From positions 72,135 through 136,134 of the IMG/VR virus record IMGVR_UViG_2839026242_000001: a DNA stretch of 64,000 bases. One strand, 5' to 3'. The first letter of the stretch is position 1; each line of letters begins with the position of its first letter. A program made the position numbers and the translations under genes. The notes under the pieces were generated by a model. The model saw only the letters and a list, made by a program, of their open reading frames with translations, searched no databases and had not been told where the DNA came from. Source of the DNA: a virus. Lineage: Duplodnaviria > Caudoviricetes. This document shows, in pieces, positions 38,161 through 48,029 of this stretch.

Positions 38161-38759
38161 GTTAAGGTAAGTGTTCAGACGCTGCTTGTATGTTACCCAT
38201 ACGATGGGAATTGAATATAGCCAAATTTCAATTGCAGAAGCCCTTTTAAACCCTAATGAATTGCCCTGTGTCAATCATAACAGGATGAGTTCATCATGCA
38301 TCCAAAAGGCAAAAAGTTATCATCAAACAGTAAAACCGTTGATAACTAACATTATCTTCAGCTTTTGGAATGCTTTATTATCAGGTATGGGGGGATATTT
38401 TACATCTAAAACAGGAACACTTGTTCGGATAATTGGCCTAGCACTTCCACTTCCACACTCAACTTATAAATCGTTTTCCTTATCGTATCGCTCATCGTAT
38501 AAACCCTTATCCCATCTACATTTTCCCCACTTCATCACATCCTACATTTCCACCCCAAATGACCTCAATTTCATCTTCTCACCCTATTAAATCCCTTGTC
38601 ACTTCTACTTTCTTACGATATTCACTCACCCACTCACCACACAGGGGGGTATATTTTACACCTAAAATCATCCAAAACCATTAATACACCTACACTTTCC
38701 CGATATAACCAAATTCCCTCACGATCACCTCATATCGTCAAATAAAAAAGAGACAGTTT

Positions 38760-40640
38760 TTATACTGTCCCTGATCTCAATATTACATTGGGAAACCCAT
38801 TAACCTCAATTCCCAGTTTATTTTTTAATTCTTTATTTAACCTAACCCTTTCTAGTCCATATTCATTTAACGCTTCTTGTAAACATCTTTTCAGAACTCT
38901 CGTATTCATTTCCTTACTGCCATCTGCCATTTCAATAACATCTTTCTCAAATGCATACCCATCTCGTTCAATCATATTCAGAATTAACTTTTTAACCTTC
39001 ATTGCTATCGTATTACTTGATTCTGAAATAGTTACATTCCGCTTCATGGGGTATACTCTATTGGCAACATCTTCTCCCATTGCACGTATAATCATTTCCC
39101 TACTAAAACCTTTTTTAGACATGTTGTTTGCCTTAAACTCATTCGCCATATTGTTAGCATTGGTTAAAACATTATCATCGTATGATGGTATGTAATAAAA
39201 GTTTGGGATATTGATTCTCTTATTCCCAGCTTGTTTTTGTAAAGCTGTGTACCTCAAAAACAGCTCTCTTGGAACTTCTGACACATGTAGTTTTTCAATC
39301 ACTCCTAATAAAGCAAACAGATTAATCCTCTTATTTAATTCCTTTAAGTCATGTGTAATCTTTTTATCCTTTTCTTCAATTTCCTTGATATCAACAATGA
39401 AATCAACAAACATTTCAATAATTTCATTTAATGGTTTAAACCATATAGCCTTTTTATTTCTTTGAATAGTTTCCGAACCAATACACATGATTGCAATTTG
39501 ATTAAGAATAACTAACAGTGGAATATGCTTTTTAATAAACTTGTATAGTTCTGGATGTTCATCTTCCATAAATCCACTTAGTAAATAATATATGTTTTGC
39601 TCATATATTCGCTTTTGTTTTACATACCATTCAGATTCAACAACTTCTGCATTATAAACCTGACACAGATAATCTATAGCATCCACATTATTCAGTCCGA
39701 ACAACCTTTCAGTAATCCTAAAAATATTACCACTAAATCCGCAGTGAGAGCTATGGCATTTATAGAAATAAAACCCTTTCTGATTTTTAACAATGCTCGC
39801 AGACGGATTTTTGTCATTGTGAAATATGCAACAGAAAGCAGCTCCTTTATTTTCAATTCCTAAGTAATGAAATAAATCTCTAGAAAGCAAATAACCCATC
39901 AAATCCAATTTATTTTCAAATGTCGCTTTTTCTTGCTTTTTCTCTGATATTACCTCATGGTGGGATTTTAGTACCCAAGTTATATTAGATAAATAATCTT
40001 TAGGGTAACCTAATATACTTTGGGTACTTTTTCTCCTATCATTGTTATTTTTACCTTTTATATCAGGTATTTTACTCTTTAATATATCATATGTATTAAC
40101 TCTATTATTAAAATTTATTTCTATAATTTCAATACCACCATAGAATAATCTAGCACGTTCATAGCATTGAGGATCTGAATTATGGTATTTATGTTTAAAC
40201 CAAGCAAGAATATGATCAATTTCAGTTGGTGATGTTATTTCCCTATCCAAACATAACACAACTCTGAACTTAGGATGTTCATCCTTATAGTTAAAGGATT
40301 TATAAATAAAAGTAGCCATACTCTGAAATTCTTTAATTGCATCATCTAGTGTCATTGTTATATGTTTATGAACCTTGCCATCTTTATCTTTATATTCATT
40401 ATCAAAATCAATGCAAACTAATTGTTGTGAAGTCCAGCAATCTTTTGTTCTACGCAACTCACCATCTTTATTTAATGTTTGTATATAAGCTGGAGTAAAT
40501 GTTTTCCCTTTTGCAATTTCTTCTGCAAGCTGTTCAATGCTAATGTCAACAGGATTTTGCATTAACCTCTCAGTGATGTATCTAACTTCACTTTTTGATG
40601 GTTTGTTTTTGTATTCAACAGGATCTAACATTAATTTCAC
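38760..40640 (-). CDS. Primase/replication protein (AEP/prim-pol-like N-terminus plus CHC2 zinc finger)
   Basis: CIDFDN and S.NY...HPKFRVV motifs; CCIFHNDKNPS...YKCHSSHC. Confidence 0.7.
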   Translation of the reverse strand: MKLMLDPVEYKNKPSKSEVRYITERLMQNPVDISIEQLAEEIAKGKTFTPAYIQTLNKDGELRRTKDCWTSQQLVCIDFDNEYKDKDGKVHKHITMTLDDAIKEFQSMATFIYKSFNYKDEHPKFRVVLCLDREITSPTEIDHILAWFKHKYHNSDPQCYERARLFYGGIEIIEINFNNRVNTYDILKSKIPDIKGKNNNDRRKSTQSILGYPKDYLSNITWVLKSHHEVISEKKQEKATFENKLDLMGYLLSRDLFHYLGIENKGAAFCCIFHNDKNPSASIVKNQKGFYFYKCHSSHCGFSGNIFRITERLFGLNNVDAIDYLCQVYNAEVVESEWYVKQKRIYEQNIYYLLSGFMEDEHPELYKFIKKHIPLLVILNQIAIMCIGSETIQRNKKAIWFKPLNEIIEMFVDFIVDIKEIEEKDKKITHDLKELNKRINLFALLGVIEKLHVSEVPRELFLRYTALQKQAGNKRINIPNFYYIPSYDDNVLTNANNMANEFKANNMSKKGFSREMIIRAMGEDVANRVYPMKRNVTISESSNTIAMKVKKLILNMIERDGYAFEKDVIEMADGSKEMNTRVLKRCLQEALNEYGLERVRLNKELKNKLGIEVNGFPNVILRSGTV

Positions 40641-40708
40641 TCAATCATCTCCTTGAAAAATGGATTTACCTGCACACATTTCTATGTATGCAGGTTTAAT
40701 GTTTTTAT

Positions 40709-42892
40709 TTATAATGCTTCCAAGAATCCTTTTAAAAACGTATTTCTTTTATTGGCATCATTTGTCCTAATTGCATGTGTCAATGCTCGATTTTCAGCAA
40801 TCATAATGCAATACTTAATTCCGCGAGTTAGTGCAGTATACACCCATTGACGGTTTAAAAGCATATAAGATGAGTAATCCAGCACGATAATTACATTTTT
40901 CCAGCCACTACCCTGTCCTCTGTGACATGTAATAGCATAAGCCAAGTCAACTTTATCTAGATCAGATTGCTCATATTCTACAATATCTTTGACATTATCA
41001 AATTTTATTTTCATGTATTTGTTCTTATCACGTACTTCAATATCGACAATTGTCCCAATCTGACCATTAAATACGTTTATCTCGTAGTTATTGCCATTAT
41101 GTATGATTTTGTCATTGACCCTGAATATGGTATCTCCACGATTCATCTCAATTGAATTGCTATTATTAGGATTAAAAATTTCCTGCATGTGTTTATTAAT
41201 ATTCTTTGCAGATAATTCACCTCTTGTTTTCATTGCTGTGATGACCTGTAGATCCATAATGTCGCCTTTATAGTTTTTGCATATCTCTAAGAGGTTTTCT
41301 AAGATGAAATCAGAACTATTCATAGGTATCAGATGAAAATCGTTTAACTCACCATAGACCTGTTTGGTGTAATTATTGGCACTGTTAATCTGCTCGCCTT
41401 CTCGAATTTTATTTGCACATGATAGGATGCCCGATTTCATTGCTTGACGTTGTACTTGCGTTAATTCGCAGACAGTAATTTTCCCACTGCTTATGATGTC
41501 TTTAAAGATATTTCCGGCTCCAATCGGGCTGAGTTGCCCAGTATCACCAACAATAATAAACTTCTTGCCTTTCTCGATTGCTGATACAAGGCTATAAAAC
41601 AAATATGAACCGACCATCCCAGCTTCATCTAAGATTACAATGTCATAAGGAAGTTTATTTGACGAGTTATATACAAATTTTCCTCGCTGGTCATATCCTA
41701 ACATGCGGTGAATCGTCTTTGAAGATAATCCGCTTTCTGTGATTCGCATAGCCGCCTTTCCAGAAAGAGCGCAAGTTTCATATGAATACTGATCTAATAC
41801 GGAGAGAATTCCTTTTAGCACTGTAGTTTTTCCTGTACCCGCCTTACCACTAATCACGACCACATTCTCATTAACAACTGTATGTATGACATTTTTCTGC
41901 TCGTTTGTAAATGTAAAACCTTGTTCTTGTTCAATCTTTTGAATTTTTTCTTCTAAATTTTCTACTCTACATTTACTTTCTGTCTGGCTTAGTTGGGTTA
42001 GTATCTCAGCAATTCGTTTCTCATAGTAGTAATTCTTATATAAAGCTACAATATCTTGTGTTATATAGAATTTATCTTGCTTTTTATCTTGCAAGGTTGC
42101 TAAGAATAACTCAATATGATGTCGGTCTATCTTAAGATATTCATTACTTTTATTTATTAACTGTTCAATTTCTAAGTAAGAATGACCCATATTTTCTTCT
42201 TGTTGAAGGGTATATTCGATTCCAGCTTCAATACGGTATTCACTTTCTTTTTCAATACCTTTTGCCAAAGCATATTGATCTACTTTTTTAAATCCAATTC
42301 CACTGACATCACATAAGGAATAAATATTTTCTTCTACCTTTTGCATGAGAATCCTTACATCGCCATAAAACTCGATTAGTCTGTGCAACATTTTAAAGGT
42401 AACGCCAAGCGGAGATAATTTAACAAGCGCTTCTTGAATGTCCAAATGGTTAAGCAGGAAGTATTTTATTTTTTGGTATGTTTTCTCACCAATCCCTGGT
42501 ATGTCCGAATAGTCAATTTCATCATTTTCAAACATTTTTAATAGGTCATGGTTTGGATATTTTGCAATAATGGCATTAGCATGATCTTCACGTAGCATGG
42601 TTTTGATATAGGCATGCTGCTCTTGAATTGTCTGTGGTCTGTCTTGTTTTATTTCTTTTACCTCGTATGTTACACCATACTTTTCACTATGCTTTTTTAC
42701 CAATTTGGATTTGTATGTTGTGTTTAACTGTAATTTGGGCATCTGACCATTAATGGTTATGTTGTTGTACTTATTGAACTCTACCTTTTCCCATTCATCA
42801 GTTTCACATGCATAAACTCCAAATGTACCGTTATAATACACCTCCCTCACTGGCACTAATTCGATTTCTACGACTTCGACTTCATTACTCAA
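40709..42892 (-). CDS. RecD2-like SF1B helicase
   Basis: HhH repeats (PGIGEKT, GIGFKKVD), Walker A GKAGTGKTT, DEAGM, GD..QL, AYAITCHRGQGS, YTALTR. Confidence 0.92.
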   Translation of the reverse strand: MSNEVEVVEIELVPVREVYYNGTFGVYACETDEWEKVEFNKYNNITINGQMPKLQLNTTYKSKLVKKHSEKYGVTYEVKEIKQDRPQTIQEQHAYIKTMLREDHANAIIAKYPNHDLLKMFENDEIDYSDIPGIGEKTYQKIKYFLLNHLDIQEALVKLSPLGVTFKMLHRLIEFYGDVRILMQKVEENIYSLCDVSGIGFKKVDQYALAKGIEKESEYRIEAGIEYTLQQEENMGHSYLEIEQLINKSNEYLKIDRHHIELFLATLQDKKQDKFYITQDIVALYKNYYYEKRIAEILTQLSQTESKCRVENLEEKIQKIEQEQGFTFTNEQKNVIHTVVNENVVVISGKAGTGKTTVLKGILSVLDQYSYETCALSGKAAMRITESGLSSKTIHRMLGYDQRGKFVYNSSNKLPYDIVILDEAGMVGSYLFYSLVSAIEKGKKFIIVGDTGQLSPIGAGNIFKDIISSGKITVCELTQVQRQAMKSGILSCANKIREGEQINSANNYTKQVYGELNDFHLIPMNSSDFILENLLEICKNYKGDIMDLQVITAMKTRGELSAKNINKHMQEIFNPNNSNSIEMNRGDTIFRVNDKIIHNGNNYEINVFNGQIGTIVDIEVRDKNKYMKIKFDNVKDIVEYEQSDLDKVDLAYAITCHRGQGSGWKNVIIVLDYSSYMLLNRQWVYTALTRGIKYCIMIAENRALTHAIRTNDANKRNTFLKGFLEAL

Positions 42893-42974
42893 ATAATCAT
42901 CCTCCCTTTTATTGGTATTACATACCTATAATACAATATATTTTTATTTATTACAACAAGAAAACAAGAGAATT

Positions 42975-43979
42975 TTATTTCTCTTGTTTCAGCAGAGAAA
43001 GCAATTCATTTTGTGCTGCTCGACTGCTACGCTTAATCAGTTCAATTAGCTCTTCCCTAGATAATACCTCAATTGGGCTAAGATCATTTTTCTTTCTCAC
43101 CATGAAAGCGGGTGTGTTTTCATAGTCAACGTTTTTGCTGAGGTAATGTTTATACATCACATCAAGTGAATGATTACCTTGCCAAGCTGCCAGCTTCACA
43201 TCTTTTGTTGTCTCTACCGTCCAATCAATAAGTACTTTTTTCAGACTATGTGGAGTAATATTTCGGTGTTCTGGAATTCCCATTTTCGCACATAGTTCCT
43301 TAATTGTGTCATATACGGTTGTATAAGACATTGTGAATACCCTTTCATCATTATCACGCTTTAACATCAAGAGCATTTGATATAACTCATCAGGAATACC
43401 TTTTACATTTTCCTTACCTTTATCCTTCAATCTGATTTCCCATTGTCCATTTTTTATAAATTTAATTTGTTTCCATTTAAGTGAAAGTAATGCAGATACA
43501 CGTATCGAGGTACTGTATGCAAGATCAATAAAGATGGATTTCTCTTCACCATTCGGCAATTCTTTCACAAGTTGAATCATTGTTTCTACTTCATGAACTG
43601 ACAATACACCACTTGAATCGGTGTCGTCAGTGTCCAAATCATCTACTTCAAATGCATGTGCATTGACATTGTAATTATTTTTAGCCAGATATTTGTATAG
43701 CTTTCTGAGCGAAGAAATTTTACGGTTTACAGATGATTTTTTACCCAGTTTATTACGAAGATGATTTCTATATCGTAGCACATCTTTATATTCAAACCAG
43801 AGATCCGTTAAGTGCAGTTGATTCAGGTGCTTATTCCTCATGTACTGAAAAAAATATTCGATGTCAGTTCTATATGCCCTTCTCGTATTATCTGTTTTCA
43901 ATTCCTCACTAAAAAATGTCTGAATGTCGTTATAAACATTATTCACATGTAACTCAGCAACATTTGCAATCATTTTCAT
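42975..43979 (-). CDS. Tyrosine recombinase family protein
   Basis: SAM-like core-binding domain (NTRRAYRTDI), IRVSAL (R), KGK (K), HSLKK, GNHS...HY. Confidence 0.85.
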   Translation of the reverse strand: MKMIANVAELHVNNVYNDIQTFFSEELKTDNTRRAYRTDIEYFFQYMRNKHLNQLHLTDLWFEYKDVLRYRNHLRNKLGKKSSVNRKISSLRKLYKYLAKNNYNVNAHAFEVDDLDTDDTDSSGVLSVHEVETMIQLVKELPNGEEKSIFIDLAYSTSIRVSALLSLKWKQIKFIKNGQWEIRLKDKGKENVKGIPDELYQMLLMLKRDNDERVFTMSYTTVYDTIKELCAKMGIPEHRNITPHSLKKVLIDWTVETTKDVKLAAWQGNHSLDVMYKHYLSKNVDYENTPAFMVRKKNDLSPIEVLSREELIELIKRSSRAAQNELLSLLKQEK

Positions 43980-44207
43980 TACCTCCTTAAATTTCTGTTG
44001 ATAATCAAATTATATTCAATTGGTAAGGGATGTCAATATTGCAACCAAAAATATATAGGGTTATTTTAAAGTTTTTTCTTAATGAGATATATTCACCCTC
44101 CCCCACCCTCTAAAAACGCTCAGACAGCCTCCTAGACGGTCTGAGAGGCATCTGTGAAGGGCGTATAATGTAGGAATAAGATTAAGTAATTAAAAATAAA
44201 TTGTGTA

Positions 44208-44236
44208 TTGACTTATAATAAGTAAAAATATACAAT
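44208..44236 (+). promoter_or_regulatory. Sigma-A promoter of the RNA-polymerase operon
   Basis: TTGACT-N17-TACAAT followed by an AAGGAGGTGA RBS. Confidence 0.75.
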
Positions 44237-44261
44237 AAAAACAGGACAAGGAGGTGAATAA

Positions 44262-44411
44262 ATGATCGAAGTTAAACAAAATAACATTGACAGAATCTTA
44301 TCAAGATTATACGGAAGATCCTCTTTTCGACTATACTTTGATAATGAGGTGGATGCCGAATATGAAGACTTTTATGATTATGTTGAATACATATCCGATA
44401 AACGTTTTTAA
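44262..44411 (+). CDS. Small hypothetical protein (49 aa)
   Basis: Manual translation MIEVKQNNIDRILSRLYGR...; perfect RBS. Confidence 0.65.
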   Translation: MIEVKQNNIDRILSRLYGRSSFRLYFDNEVDAEYEDFYDYVEYISDKRF

Positions 44412-44477
44412 AACACAAAAAAAACAAAATCACATAAATTTAAAATATCAAGGAGGTGTTGTCTGCTATGTTTTGTT

Positions 44478-44789
44478 GTGGTTTTGGTAGCAGTATTCTA
44501 TATGAAAAAGAAAGTAAAAATTATCAATTCAAGTGATATGTCAATGTTTAGTAACATTAATGAGTATCTTCTACATACATATGGTGAAAAGAAATTGGAA
44601 GAATCAAAACGGAATAGTGATCCTACTTTCCTTGATATAATTGGTTATACGTTGGATGGGCGCAGACTTGAAACTGTTGAAGGTGCTTATTATGAATTAG
44701 ATGAGATTGAGGATTTGATGTACTATTCTCCATTTGAGGAAGAATCTGAAGAAGAGAACGATGAACATGATGAGGAACTGGAGGGGTAG
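44478..44789 (+). CDS. Acidic hypothetical protein
   Basis: ORF track; start uncertain. Confidence 0.6.
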   Translation: MVLVAVFYMKKKVKIINSSDMSMFSNINEYLLHTYGEKKLEESKRNSDPTFLDIIGYTLDGRRLETVEGAYYELDEIEDLMYYSPFEEESEEENDEHDEELEG

Positions 44790-44798
44790 TTTATTAGT

Positions 44799-47372
44799 TT
44801 GGATAGACAAGTTCAGATTTATAGTGTAGATACAAGTTTTTTCTATAACGAAAAGGAAATGAAAATACATAACAGATTGAATCAAGTCTACCGCTACAGA
44901 AATAAACTAAAAGTTTATAGAGATAAATTCAAACAAGAACATATTGTCAACAGAGTCAATAAAAACCTTACAGACGCAAATAAAAGAATTAAGAAATTAA
45001 AAGATGATTTATATAAAGAATTTAAGTTAAATAACTCAATTAGAACATTAAACGAACAGGCATTAACACCAAGACGTATTATTTCAGTGTTTGACTCTGT
45101 ACTAACAAGAACATTGGGCATTCAAGAAAATACACTGTCTGAAGACCTAATAGTTGTCCAGACATATTTCTTTAATATTCTCGAAGACATTATTCTTAAG
45201 GGATTTCTATACAAAGGTGAAAAGTATGTCGTGTTCACAGCCAGCGCGGGTCAGATTCGTACAAAGAAAACAGTATTTATCAAAGAAAGTGTGTTGAAAC
45301 AACACCAAGATTCACTGACATGTGGATTGTCTATAGAAAGCATCAATACTCAGGGTGGGGTAAATATCAATAAATATCTCGCTTACCTAGCTCTCTGTAA
45401 CTCCGCTACAGACGAATGGAAGGATTTTGACATTAATAGGGTTATTGTTGTGGACGATATGGAGACTGCTGTACGTAGTGTGGTTGATTTTATTGATGAT
45501 AAGACGTATGAAATAACAAGAAAAGAAATGGACATCATGATCAATCATACAGATGGTTGTGGGATGATACTCCCCAGTGTGTCCAAGAAGTCGGCAATGA
45601 TTCGCTTGCCTTGGATTAAAGGTCTTTTAGTACCTTTCCCATTTGACAAATTTATTAGAGAGGCAAATAGAAAAGGAATCAAGTGTGGAATAGTAAAAGA
45701 TATTTACGGCAAAGAATATGACATTCTTAAGGATGGAATTGAAATCATCCTTACAAAAAGTCAATTTAAGATGTGGAAGTACTATAGAGATTGGCAACAT
45801 TACAAAGATAATTTTGTGAAATATAATTGCCAAGCTGCAAAATGCAATGAAGAAGAAGATATCATTGAGAACGCAAAGTTGAATTATCAAATGCTACAAA
45901 CACTTACAGATATGACAGATGAAGAATTAGAATCATTATGTCTAACGACACAAAAGCATATCAGGGATATTGGAAAAGACCGAAAGACAATGCTCAAGGT
46001 ATTGGGAGTAACAGATTCTAACCAAAACAAAAACTATATTCAACAGGCACTTGAATTGTATCCTGAGTTATTGGCAGATACGTATAGTAAAGAGATATTG
46101 AAATCAGTTAAAAAGAGTATGGTTAAAGAAGCAAGGGCGGGCAAAATTGATATTAACGGCAAATACACCTTCATTTGTCCTGACCTGTATGCATTTTGTG
46201 AATTCTTATTTCTTGGCGACACGGAACCAAAAGGATTGCTCAATGATGGAGAGGTTTACTGCAACTTATATAAAGATAAGCCTAAGTTAGATTGTTTACG
46301 CAGCCCTCACCTCTATCGTGAACACGCTGTTCGCAAAAATGTAGTTGATAAAGAAAAAGGTAGATGGTTTATAACAAAGGGACTTTATACAAGTTGTCAT
46401 GATCCAATCAGTAAAATCCTCATGTTCGATAATGATGGTGATAAGGCGCTTGTGTGTGCCGATCATGCATTGATTTCTGTTGCTGAGAGAAATATGCAAG
46501 GTATCGTGCCATTGCAGTATAATATGGCAAAAGCTGCCCCAGAGATTATAACCAATGAAAGTATCTATAAGGGAATGATAACTGCTTATACTGGTTCAAA
46601 TATAGGCATGATTAGTAACAATATCACTAAGATATGGAACAGTAACAATATCAATTTAGACGTGATTAAATGGCTTTGTCTCGAAAATAATTTCGTCATC
46701 GATTATGCTAAGACTTTATACAAGCCAACAAGACCTCCAGAAATAGGTAAGTTAATACATACTTACACGAAATCAAAAGTGCCTCATTTCTTTATCTATG
46801 CTAAAGACAAAAACGAGAGTAATGTAGAGAAAATTAATTACAGCGTTGTCAATAGATTAGAAAAGATGATAAAGAATCCTGTATTGAATTTCAGATATTC
46901 TAATGTGGGGAAATTTGATTATAGAATGCTGCTCAGTGATACAAATGAAAAGATTAATTTGGAAACTGCTATTATCCAAAAGTATGAAGAACTTGACCGT
47001 AAATCACATCTTATGATAAACAGAGAAGATCAAAAAAATAACAATATTCTTTTTGTATATAATCAGATTAAAAAAGATTTATTAAACATTAATAATGATG
47101 CGAAGCATGTTACTGATGTTTTAATTGAGTACTTATACAATCATAAGAGGTCCAGTTATAAGACGACATTGTGGGAATGCTTTGGAGATGTGATTGTAGA
47201 AAATATTAAGCGGAATTTGACTACTAAGTTTGATGATGGATACATTCAGTGTGATGGTTGCGGAGAACGAGTAGAAAAAATCGGCAAAAATCATAAGATG
47301 TGTCGTGATTGTTGGAAAGATCATCGTAGAAATTACAAAACAGAAAAACAAAGACAATATAGGCAAAAATAA
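44799..47372 (+). CDS. yonO: YonO-like single-subunit DNA-dependent RNA polymerase
   Basis: DGCG, RLPWIKG, RSPH and catalytic FDNDGD (DxDGD) motifs; syntenic upstream of HU as in SPbeta. Confidence 0.9.
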   Translation: MDRQVQIYSVDTSFFYNEKEMKIHNRLNQVYRYRNKLKVYRDKFKQEHIVNRVNKNLTDANKRIKKLKDDLYKEFKLNNSIRTLNEQALTPRRIISVFDSVLTRTLGIQENTLSEDLIVVQTYFFNILEDIILKGFLYKGEKYVVFTASAGQIRTKKTVFIKESVLKQHQDSLTCGLSIESINTQGGVNINKYLAYLALCNSATDEWKDFDINRVIVVDDMETAVRSVVDFIDDKTYEITRKEMDIMINHTDGCGMILPSVSKKSAMIRLPWIKGLLVPFPFDKFIREANRKGIKCGIVKDIYGKEYDILKDGIEIILTKSQFKMWKYYRDWQHYKDNFVKYNCQAAKCNEEEDIIENAKLNYQMLQTLTDMTDEELESLCLTTQKHIRDIGKDRKTMLKVLGVTDSNQNKNYIQQALELYPELLADTYSKEILKSVKKSMVKEARAGKIDINGKYTFICPDLYAFCEFLFLGDTEPKGLLNDGEVYCNLYKDKPKLDCLRSPHLYREHAVRKNVVDKEKGRWFITKGLYTSCHDPISKILMFDNDGDKALVCADHALISVAERNMQGIVPLQYNMAKAAPEIITNESIYKGMITAYTGSNIGMISNNITKIWNSNNINLDVIKWLCLENNFVIDYAKTLYKPTRPPEIGKLIHTYTKSKVPHFFIYAKDKNESNVEKINYSVVNRLEKMIKNPVLNFRYSNVGKFDYRMLLSDTNEKINLETAIIQKYEELDRKSHLMINREDQKNNNILFVYNQIKKDLLNINNDAKHVTDVLIEYLYNHKRSSYKTTLWECFGDVIVENIKRNLTTKFDDGYIQCDGCGERVEKIGKNHKMCRDCWKDHRRNYKTEKQRQYRQK

Positions 47373-47613
47373 TTTTGTGGACACTTTTAAAAAACTTTGT
47401 AAACCCTTGATACATAAGGATTTTTTAACCTTTTGATAATATAAATTAAAAAATACATATACAAAAAACATTGATAAATTAAGGTTTCTTTAGTTATACC
47501 GTTAAAAACGGACGGTCTCTAAGGGAAACATAATAATTTGAATGTCCAAAGTGAAGCAATTATTATGTCCCTACAAATAAAAAATATAATTTTAATTTGG
47601 GAGGAATTTTGTA

Positions 47614-47886
47614 ATGAATAAAACAGAATTGGTAAGTGTAGTGGCTCAAAAAGCGGAAATGACTAAAAAGGATTCCGCCGTTATCGTTGATGCAGTATTA
47701 GATGCTATCGCAGAAGGCTTGAAGGAACATGGCAAGGTTTCTCTACTTGGATTCGGAAACTTTGTGGTGCGTGAACGCGCTGCTCGTAAAGGTCGTAACC
47801 CACAAACAGGCGAAGAAATTGATATTGTGGCTACTAAGGTTCCTGCATGGAAGCCAAGTAAAACTCTCAAGGATTCATTAAAATAA
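47614..47886 (+). CDS. HU-family DNA-binding protein
   Basis: MNKTELV...GFGNF...[15 protein letters not shown]. Confidence 0.95.
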   Translation: MNKTELVSVVAQKAEMTKKDSAVIVDAVLDAIAEGLKEHGKVSLLGFGNFVVRERAARKGRNPQTGEEIDIVATKVPAWKPSKTLKDSLK

Positions 47887-48029
47887 TACATATACATTAT
47901 TCATCCATTTCGTCATGGATACTTTCACAGAGGTGCATTGGTACGCTCTGGTTATTATCATATTAGCCGAAGGATACACGGGGATTGGTGATTGTTCGCC
48001 TATCCCCTATTTTAATATAAAAATCTACC

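Noticed and set aside
2406-38590. Plus-strand ORFs in the left arm (e.g. 2406-2873, 4680-5081, 26843-27466, 38171-38590)
   Set aside because: They are shadows of minus-strand genes or of regulatory DNA, with no RBS and antisense-type composition.
42975-43979. Tyrosine recombinase as the prophage integrase marking an att boundary
   Set aside because: Phage genes continue on both sides; no host genes or att site are visible in the window.
44287-44490. ORF-track call 44287-44490
   Set aside because: The overlapping frame 44262-44411 has the perfect RBS and promoter spacing and is preferred.
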